NCBI RefSeq assembly: GCF_964355755.1
Contig: NC_092679.1
Span: 6,664,201 to 6,728,200 of the forward strand
DNA from: Antedon mediterranea
Taxonomy: Eukaryota; Animalia; Echinodermata
Length of the DNA stretch: 64,000 nucleotides
Direction of reading: 5' to 3'
The stretch's first letter is position 1, and every line of letters starts with the position of its first letter. The translations under genes were made by a program, and so were the position numbers. The notes under the pieces are model-generated. The model saw only the letters and a program-made list of their open reading frames with translations. It was not told where the DNA came from and did not search any database. Below, one piece after another: positions 54,410-64,000 of this stretch.

Positions 54410-54850
54410 TGATTCATTACCACCACTATCATCATCACACTCGTCGACATTGACGCTCATCATCTTCATAATCGATTTACCATTATCATTTATTGGCATC
54501 GTCATCATCATCATTACCATATTCATAGTGACGTTATCATTGTCAGCATTATCGTCCCTACCATCACATTATTTACTCATCATCCTTAATCTTCATATCA
54601 TCTCATCAACCTTACACTGCGATTTTCATCCATCATAAACCTCCTCCTTCCTTTCATTATCATACCTAATTCTTCCTTTCATTCATGTCCTAGTTCTTTT
54701 ATCCTCTCTTCATCCCACCATTTCCATCATCATCTACCTCATTCTTCCTTTCATTATCAACCGTACCTCATTTTTCCATTCATCATCTATTTATTCTTCC
54801 TTTCACCATCCATTTCTTTCATCCTCTCTTCATCTCACCACTACCACACT
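54410..54850. repeat. Degenerate (CAT)n / C+T-rich low-complexity tract
   Basis: Runs of CATCATC and TTCCTTTCA; G-poor top strand. Confidence 0.75.
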
Positions 54851-57800
54851 GATCGATCAATGTTTACTTGCTGCTACGTTTCTTAATTCATCTTCACTTC
54901 TCGTATTTCACCAGATATAGTAATATTACTTAACAATTGAGTTTCTTTGTGGGATCGATATCACTATTCATGTCACTGCATTAATACCTAGAACAGCAGA
55001 AGGAAGTATATTATATTTAAAGTAACCACTATTTACTGTATGCCTGCGTACACAATGATATGTAGGCCGGTGCCACAATAATGTTGGCCTCCTGAGATTT
55101 TCTAGAGATGTCATACATACACAGAAGCCGACCTAATGTCGGTGAATCGGAACAACTTATAAATTGCTATGAACCAAATAAATCATTGTTATTTCATTAA
55201 GAATAGATGTTCCTATAATTTTGTCACAGTAGGCCTGAAGTAGCCTACAAATGCGTAGACAGGGACATAACGACAGGAACAACACCCAGCGGTACTACTA
55301 CTGTATGTCTGTTAAATTGTGGGTACGACGACGAAGGGAAGCATCTAGTATAACCATGGGGGAAAAACTGGGGCAGAAATAAACAGTGTCTTGATCTGTG
55401 ACGTCAAAAAGCACGATACTGTCTCTTTAACATTCTAGTTGATTTGAACATGATGTTTGAACAGCAGCCGAGTAGATCACCTTAATACGACAATCAAACA
55501 AACGGGATAAATATTGACTGAATGACCCATTGAAATGGCGTATTGCAGTGGATCTGCGGCGGATTAAAATCTAGCCGTTGCTAAAATAAAAAAACATAAC
55601 AATTGACCACTAGATGTGAAGGTCTTTTTGTATGAGTGTTATTTGGAAAACAGGAACTGTTTATAAGTGTATTCATTTGGAAAGTGCTAGGTGACGATGG
55701 TTTTGTGTAAATTACACAGTAAACATGCGATATACAAAACAAGACTGCTGAAACTCTTCGTCAAATGCTTAAGATATCAAGGGGCCTACATAAGATCACA
55801 TACTCTCAGTGTAATTAGTCAAATATCATAACGCAATCTTGATATGGGTCTTCATTTAGAAGAGATTAAGGTAATAATCCTATACACTCGTAAAGGGTAT
55901 CAAATTAGAAGGTAGTGTTCTCTCTCAATATAGAAATCAAGCCTGGAAAATGAAACACATTACCGAATTATTGATATAATACTAGACTATTAAGTATAAA
56001 AAGGTCAAATAATATTGTACCTTGTCAATCCAATTGACAAAACCTATGTACCTACCAGTCCTGAAAATCTTGCTGGAAAGAAATTGTGAAAGTTCACAAT
56101 AGTCGTAATGTACTGTAATTTAGGTTTTTCTATTAATAAGTGACACCTAACAATAGTACTTCATTGTTTTATTGATTGTTTAAACATCACTGTTTATTCA
56201 AATTGAACGGAAAACAAATCGATACAACCAATAAGGAAAAACAGTTACAAATTAGTCAACAAATAATATTAGATTAAAGTATGCCTACCCAACTGAATGT
56301 AATATTGTTTTTTGCGTGACTAACCTTACAGAGTACATTTAAACTATTTATATTACTATTCCTATCACGAGAAATAAAATCCCAACGCATTCGACGCGTC
56401 TTAAGCTCTGTCTACACTATCAAACTTTATGCGACAAAAAATGTGATGTGCTCGTATATGGACACGATGTTGTCATATCAGTACCATATTTGGGCATTAC
56501 CATATTTAAGCATATCACAGAGGTTTAAGCTAAGAAAATTGCACAACGAACCGCGTATTTTTTTCTCTAAAAATTCGAGAGATTGCATGAAAGATAATTA
56601 ATACTTCCAAAATATAACTTAAACCAACTCTCTAAGAAAGTACATCTGTTGAAACGATAAAACTAATTGTGAGTTTGGATCGCCATACATCACCAAACTG
56701 TGTATACTGAATACAATTTGTAAATATAATTGATATCCGTATCTGATGACCAACGATTTTGAGTTAACTGTAGTGTGATGTGAGTGAGTCTGTTCGTAAC
56801 ATGTTTATTATTTTGAGCATTCTTTTACGTTGAAGACTCATTGACGCGCTTGGTGAAAGATTTCGTCAATGAACGAGCTCGTACAGATTAATTTGGTAAA
56901 ATATGGAAATGCATTTGACAATTGACCGTCGTCTGGTTCATCCTCATGTTTCGACGAAGCTAGAAATTTAGTTTGAGTTATAGGCCTAAATAAATTAATA
57001 GGCAACCCCAAATACGAAGTTGCAGTAGCATACCAAAGTTCATATACCTTTGCTATGCATGATGGGTAGGCCTAGGATTTTCTATTTTGTACGGTCTAAA
57101 ATACAAAACAATTTCTCAGAAGATATTATAGTATTTTTATAATTATAATAATGATAGCAGACACACTCTTTGTATGCATAATAGCAGTATCAGTGTTGTC
57201 CCTCAAAGCGATCTGTTTAAGCATTTTAATAACAAGTGAGTGACGTCACCGAATGGAAGGTATCGTAAAAAGAATCTGGATTCGAGGACTTCACGCATTC
57301 AAAAAAGAACATAAATTATCGTTAAAAAAAGGTATAAAATCAATAACTACGATCAGATACATTTCGAACAGTTGCGCGCGCTTGATTTACTAGCAGACGA
57401 TAATTAATGTTCGCATGTTTGTTTCATCTGCCCTTTATGCTGATTTCGTTCTTACTCGTCAATTCTTGAGCCTCATTTTAACAAATTGGACCAGCCTTTT
57501 ACCCGCTCATAAATGTCAGAATACGTGCATTTTTCCTACTTTGGCCCTAACAAGATTTATAAAAATGCAATGTGGTACTTATCGTCTGACAGTTTTGTTT
57601 CTGTGACAGATGAGAATACAATCATTGCTAAATAGCAAAGAAAACGAAAGAATAAAATATATCTAATCCAGATATAGCCTACAGTATATACAAACCATCT
57701 GAATCCGGCTACCTGAAAATGTACGACGTTAAATGGATACTTTCATTCATTTATGTCAAAATCAAATCGTGTTAATACATTGTGTGATGTTATTAAATAA

Positions 57801-58130
57801 CAAAATAACATGTTCATAATTTAAGATTAATATTATCATTAAATTTGAAATAAATATATGTCTATCGTTGTAAAGGTTGACCTAGAACAACACAGAGAGA
57901 CAGAGAACATTAAGGGACAGTAAAATCGACATGCATACCGACAGACAAACATACAGATGACATCAATAAAGGAAAACGAAAGATTACTGTTATGAGGCGC
58001 CACACAAGGGTGTAGACACAACGAAAGCGAGTTAGCAAATAAAAAGTGACAGTTCAAAATAATCAACCGCTTGTGATTGGTCAAATTACTCGCGTTTCGT
58101 TACGTGCTTACGCTGTGTTTGAGCCTCATG

Positions 58131-58370
58131 TTTGGTTCCCACTAGAGACGCAACACAACAACGTAACGCAACGTAAAGCTTGGTTCCCACTAGAACGTAA
58201 CGCAAGGACGTAAACGCAATGCCAGTGTTTTAACCAATGACAAGCGAAGTTATAGACAGTCAGCAATCACAAGCGAATAAGCTATCGCTTGTCATCGGTC
58301 AATTCGCTTACGTTGCGTTTACGTACTTGCGCTGCGTCCTAGTGGGAACCAAGCTTTAGTGGGGACCAAG
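58131..58370. mobile_element. MITE family A2 (58177-58355) inside a truncated family A copy
   Basis: Inner TIRs AGCTTGGTTCCCACTAG / CTAGTGGGAACCAAGCT; outer remnants TTGGTTCCCACTAG and TAGTGGGGACCAAG. Confidence 0.75.
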
Positions 58371-58946
58371 TGTAGAACGACACAGTAGAGAGAATATACT
58401 AATAGAATGGTAAACCTGTATGTTAAATTTGTCGAAAAAGAGGCACAGTTCCCACCATAAAACACGCGAACGTACACGTAATTGTAACCAAAATTAAAAA
58501 CGCCAACGGATCATCTGATCTGTCGCTTAAGCTTGTGATTGGTGGTCAAATTGCTTGCGTTCACGTATGTCCTTGTTTGGGAAACACTATTTAAGGATTA
58601 ACAAAAAAGGTAGGCCTACCTCTATAAGCGAGTTAGCGAGCTAAAAACATTTATCAAGTTATATATAGCAATATCAACGTATAATTAGAATTAATAAATA
58701 ATGTAACCAAGGTTCAAATAAAAATAAAAGCGGCTGACGTAATTTGCTTAAATCGGAAGAAAACACATCTGTGAATGTCAAACGTCTGCTCAACAAATCA
58801 CATTGTTTTCAGCTGTTATGACAGAAAAAAAGAAAACTGGTTTATAATTATATACTGTAGTAAGGAATTTGATGACCACTCTGCGGCCGCGTGTATATGA
58901 AGGTGTTTAAATTGTTTTTGGATTTCATTTGGGGCTCTCGCTCTAA

Positions 58947-59099
58947 AGCCGATTTTCCATAAGGCGATTTTGTACGCGCGAATCGTAAGCGACAGATTAT
59001 ACGCATGCGTATTCATGTTTCCATCCAAATCCCTTTCTGCCCATGCGTAAGTTTACGCTGTCGATTCGCGCGAACAGATTCGCCTAGAGGAAATCGGCT
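58947..59099. mobile_element. Harbinger-like MITE family C
   Basis: TAA|AGCCGATTTTCC...GGAAATCGGCT|TAA, nearly palindromic; second copy at 62798-62949. Confidence 0.78.
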
Positions 59100-59603
59100 T
59101 AAATATGCGTTTTGTTCAGTCAGTTACTCAGTAGCCTATTATTAAAGTTGTCTTACGGAAATTAATACACTTGCAATCCGTATATACGTTGGAAACCTAC
59201 GCACCTGATTTGAGATTTTTCTGGGTCACATCTTAAACGACTCTTTAATTGCGTAATTAATCTGTTTTAAATGGACACTCTAGCCGGAAATTACTGCCTT
59301 ATTGTCTTTAATTTCAGCAATGATTAGACTTAATAATTTAAATCAAAGAACGAGATGCGTGTTGATTGGTTAGCCATTTCATTAGTCAGACTGGATTCCG
59401 TTTTCAACTTTAGTCATAATTCGAATTAAGCTACACTATCACACTAGTTTGACAAACAAATTGTGATGTGTCCAAATATGGTAGTGCTATGCTTAAATAT
59501 GGTAGTGATACGACATCATCATGTCCATATATGGTATCAGACTTGTATGACACAATATTACGTTTCTATGAGAAAAACAAAAGGCAATATTATTATATTT
59601 TAA

Positions 59604-59931
59604 AGATGTATTGTCCCTCAAAAACATGAAAAATGACGATTAATTAAATCAAACTTTGAATATGTTATTTTGTAGTTTTAATAAAGTTAATCACTTCAAT
59701 AGAAAAAAAATGAAAAAAAATAATCACGTTTTCACTTATAAAATGACAAAATAAATGTTAAAATTCAACCAAAAATCTATTGGCTGGCAGCCAATTTGAC
59801 CATTTTTTTTGCTTTAAATTACATTTTTTCAGGTAAATTTTAGGTCAAAGTGGATAAGTATTATGTTACATTAAAATGGAATATTCAACAAAAATTTGTT
59901 TACGAATAATTTTTAAAGGGACAATACATCT
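59604..59931. mobile_element. TTAA-flanked MITE (Kolobok-like)
   Basis: TTAA|AGATGTATTGTCCCT...AGGGACAATACATCT|TTAA; AG...CT termini fit Kolobok better than piggyBac. Confidence 0.8.
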
Positions 59932-60151
59932 TTAAACGATCTATTTTAGTTAAGCTTATCGTACCTCAATTAACGGTACGAGCTAATAATAAAATATTAT
60001 GTGCAAACGACAAAGAACAGTAAAACAATATTGTGCCCGTCGTCGTTTTGAAAGCGCGCAGTTGCTTTATTATTAGGTTGTAAACAACAATTAGAAATTA
60101 CAGTTTCTTGATCAATATATAATATATATATATATATATATGTTCTTAATG

Positions 60152-60259
60152 AAACAAGGCCATATACATGGCTGCAGTCGCGTGCTCAAGTTAGTGTTTA
60201 CTGACCGACCAACCGACCGACATAGTGAGCTGTAGAGTCGCGTTGCACGCTACTAAAAA
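60152..60259 (-). mobile_element. Short DINE-1/Helentron-like element
   Basis: Minus strand: T run, AGT(A)GCGTGC with adjacent inverted ACGCGACT, (GTCG)n tract, 3' GCACGCGACT, hairpin GCCAT..ATGGC, CTTGTTT. Confidence 0.7.
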
Positions 60260-62797
60260 TGCCATAAATGTCCTTCAGGTCTGGTTCAAATTGGTTAGTA
60301 ACACAAGAAATTAGATTCCAGTTCATGAGGTTGTAAAACAGTGTAACATTCTGCTATTTTGACAGCTTCTTCCTTATTGGTGTTAAAAGTATATGTCAGA
60401 TTTATGAGAGAGGGCGTTCATTCAATTGGGGGTTGGCGACGCTTATAATATTGGAGCAAGACCAATGCAGTACAACTAAAATATTAAGGTCATGGTATGA
60501 GGGAATGGAAAGATAAAACATAATAGTTGCATTGACCGAGATTGATGGAAACAGAAGACAACAAAAATGTGCAAGTTTTGTGAGTGGGTGTCTATATTAT
60601 CTTATGACGTCACTACCATTTTGCTAAATTAACTCTCCACACGCGAAGAACGGACATTCCGCTCGTTTTAAGTTTTTTTTCTTATAATAATCAGGCAAAC
60701 AAATAATAATCAACTGTACGCCATTGACATTTAAAATCAAATTCGTTATTGCTTCTGACATGCGCAGTGACTAAACGAACTGTTTATGTAATATATAAAC
60801 ACATCCAGCTCTATGGTAACACGGTAGTTTCAGATCAACGGATATACTATAGCAAGACTCAGCTTTATATTTTAATACTGCACAGATTAAAGACTCTTTA
60901 ATTTCACGAGCCTTTTAATTTCGCGAGCCTTTTAATTTCGGGCGCTTCACAAAATAACAAATTCAACATTTAACAAGTGTAGGTCTAGTAGGCCTATATA
61001 TTTAATTTTGAAGTTAGAATGTGAGCCCCTGAACGTTTTGATCAAAACAAATAGTGTATGATGCAAAATAAAGGGTTGTACAATACTAAACTATAGTAGT
61101 ATAGTAATACGTACGTCGATACAAATTGTTACATTGTGCAAGTGAATAATGATATATATTACTCGCATTATTGCAGAGTGTTTGTATTTGATTGATCGTG
61201 ATTAATGTACACACTATTGTGGAAATGATCCGCCTAATATATCACTTGTACTTATTTTCCCGATGTAAATAGCGCATTGAAGTACAGTTGTAAAACATGT
61301 GTGCACATTCATACAATTGTGCTTTACCAAACAGATTCAAAAGTATAAAGAAGAAGCATTTGATACGCATGCGCTGGCATGATGACAACACTGTACGGCT
61401 TTGTACGCCGCGCGTCAACTTTGTGTTTATCAAGAATGACGTCATTGTGAAGGGTAAAGAAACAGTTGGAAACTTCGGAAACATTTCAGATTATCAAAAC
61501 AGATTGCTTTATCTATCGCTACTTTATGTTTAGGCCTATTATGCACCACGATATGTGTATGATTTATGTACGCGCGCGTACTTCTGTCAATAATGATGTA
61601 TATAATAGCATTTTAGAAAAAAAATGTCAACTAGCCAGACCTATGTTCTAGAGATATTTGTCAACGAAAGTTCGTCGTGTAGACACAATAGCCAGGCAGC
61701 AGCCTAATCATTTTCTTTTTTTCATCAAATTGTTATTTAATGAGTTCTTATAACGCTAGAATTTTACGTGCTCCTGATGAGACAACTATTGAACTTTAAA
61801 GCAAACAAAATAGCAGCCTAGTATTTTGAATGAAAAAAGGCTGTTTTTGTACTACGCATATTATTAGGGCTTATATGGGTTATAACTTTCAGAACATTTA
61901 CAGACTTAAATTTAGCTTTATATATTTACGTAGCTTTTAAAATAGGCCTAAATAAATAATTAAAAACATAGTTGTCATTCGGTGGTCAACATCTGTGCAC
62001 ATGTGTGGTGTAAATTATAATTTCAAACCAAAGAATGCAATGTCTGATTCACCAAAATACTAGCCGCAGTACTATATTATGATAGTGGTTTCTAATTCAT
62101 GGATATACCTGTAGGCCTATACATTCATTTTTCTTTTCTAAAATTTCCCTCTTTCTATATTTCGTTTAACGTGTCCATTAGTGGTTTTCGTTTGGATTCA
62201 TTTAAACTCATTTATCAAAGCACTCAGTTAGATGTGATTGGTCAAATAAGATATGGTCTATTAACGATTAATTCTTAATAATAAACGCTCATTAGCATGC
62301 CTATTAATTATGAAATCTTGGTTCAATATTCGTAACGTATCAATTAATAACGTTCAGGTAATCGGGATAATTAATCATTAGACAACGAATCCTTCTAAAA
62401 TGAATACAAACAAGTTATGGAAAAAGGGGTATTTGTCTTAAAACAGTCATGTACGGTTCTCAACAAAACAAACATCAACTGTGTGTTGACTCTTTATAAT
62501 GGAATTGTAATTATTGAAAATAAATAATTTTCGTTAAGTACATGATCCAATGGGAATAGATACTTCATAATTTGCAATGGAAGCTCATAAGGCAAGACAT
62601 GACTACCGGTTCGGTACGTGCTACGTGGAGTAATAATTATATTCATGGTAGAAGATCGAAATGATTTTATTCGTGTTTTAAGAAAGAATATTAGGCCTAT
62701 AGGAGATTGTCTGTTGACTGTCACGTAATAAAAGTATTCTTCCTCACTCCCTCACTTTAGGTCATTGAGTTGCGTCTGTAGTGGGAACCAATCTTAA

Positions 62798-62949
62798 AGC
62801 CTATTTTCCACAGGCGATATTGTTCGCGCGAATCGAAAGCGCCAGCTTATACGCATGCGTATTCATGTTTCCATCTTCGAAATCCCTCTCTACGCATGCG
62901 TATAAGCTTTCAATTCGCGCGAACAAATTCGCCTAGTGGAAAATCGGCT
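62798..62949. mobile_element. Harbinger-like MITE family C
   Basis: TAA|AGCCTATTTTCCAC...GTGGAAAATCGGCT|TTA; abuts a family A right end. Confidence 0.78.
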
Positions 62950-62977
62950 TTAGTCCTGTTTTAAGAACTTTATATTT

Positions 62978-63079
62978 AACAAATACATGGCTGCAGTCGC
63001 GTGCGCAAATTGTGTTTACCGACCGACCAACCGACCGATAAACTGAGCTGTAGAGTCGCGTTTGCACGCGAATAAAAAA
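62978..63079 (-). mobile_element. Short DINE-1/Helentron-like element
   Basis: Colinear with 60152-60259. Confidence 0.68.
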
Positions 63080-64000
63080 CGGTAAATCAGGCTTAAAAAC
63101 GTCTGAAGTGTGTTGGCCGATCTCAACGTCATTTTAATTTCAAAATGTTCACGGGCCGAGTTTTTCACAATTTTCTCCCTAGGTATCTAAGTTGAATTTA
63201 ATCTAGCGATTCATATTATTAATCATTGTGTTGCTATTCCCAAGAAATCACATGAAACCTCGTGGCTAGAATAATCATTAGTAATTAAAATTCTTCTTCC
63301 GTTTTGCAAAATAAATCTGTTCTAAAAATATTTATAGCCACTGGCGTGTGTAGTTTGGGAATATAATGTATCATATACAATTCTGATGTCTTAGTTAAAG
63401 TGATTTGAATACAACTTTGCAAGTGGTTGTTAGGTTTACAACTCTATTAACCAATTTGAAAGATATACACTACATGCAAGAACTTCAAAGCTGAAAATAA
63501 AATGAACTTAACTTTAATAGAGACCACCTTGAACAGATTAAGCCGTTTAATATTCTTACGCTTCTTAAGCACTGTCGACACTATCAAACTAGTTTTACAA
63601 AGGTGCAATGTGCCCAAATATGGTAGTGATATGTTTAAATATGGTAGTGATATGACATCATCAACAGAGCTTTACGGCCCCTTGCGTTGATACATGGCAT
63701 CAACGTAGGCAGCCGATTCTCAGTACTGTATCTATTTCCGAAGTATTATAGGAATATTTGGTAATGTGTTTCACATGTTTCTGATAGTAACTTAGTTCTT
63801 AACCTCTTACATGATACTAGGCACCTAATGTGATGCTGTATTACCAAGTATTCCTATGATACCTCGGAAATATGTGGAGATACAGCACAGCACGTCATTG
63901 CGTTGTGTTGCGTTCATAACGAGAACCAATCGAAGACATTTAAGAACCAAACTTTATTTTTAATAATCCGATTCAATTCAAAGGCGCCATGTAAATGCGG

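Overview
AT-rich, intron-containing animal genomic DNA (an invertebrate deuterostome such as an echinoderm is my inference, not shown). Two spliced protein-coding genes can be reconstructed by hand with canonical GT-AG sites and consistent phases. One is a divergent 242-aa Arf-like small GTPase (+, 4 coding exons, 5848-10146). The other is a 542-aa PKDCC/VLK-family secretory-pathway kinase (-, 7 coding exons, 43206-16555, with a 20-kb intron). Five tRNA-Glu(TTC) copies form two convergent clusters around the GTPase gene: two damaged on +, three intact on -. The rest is intronic/intergenic DNA with a 3.7-kb Academ-type transposon carrying a 30-bp minisatellite, three TWA-flanked Harbinger-like MITE families, TTAA-flanked MITEs, Helentron/DINE-like elements, a tRNA-derived SINE, a truncated LINE and several tandem repeats. 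The most unusual signal is a strong excess of the palindrome TAGGCCTA, with internal evidence that it arises by insertion at TA sites. No CRISPR or prokaryotic system is present, and I cannot confirm novelty of any finding without database searches.
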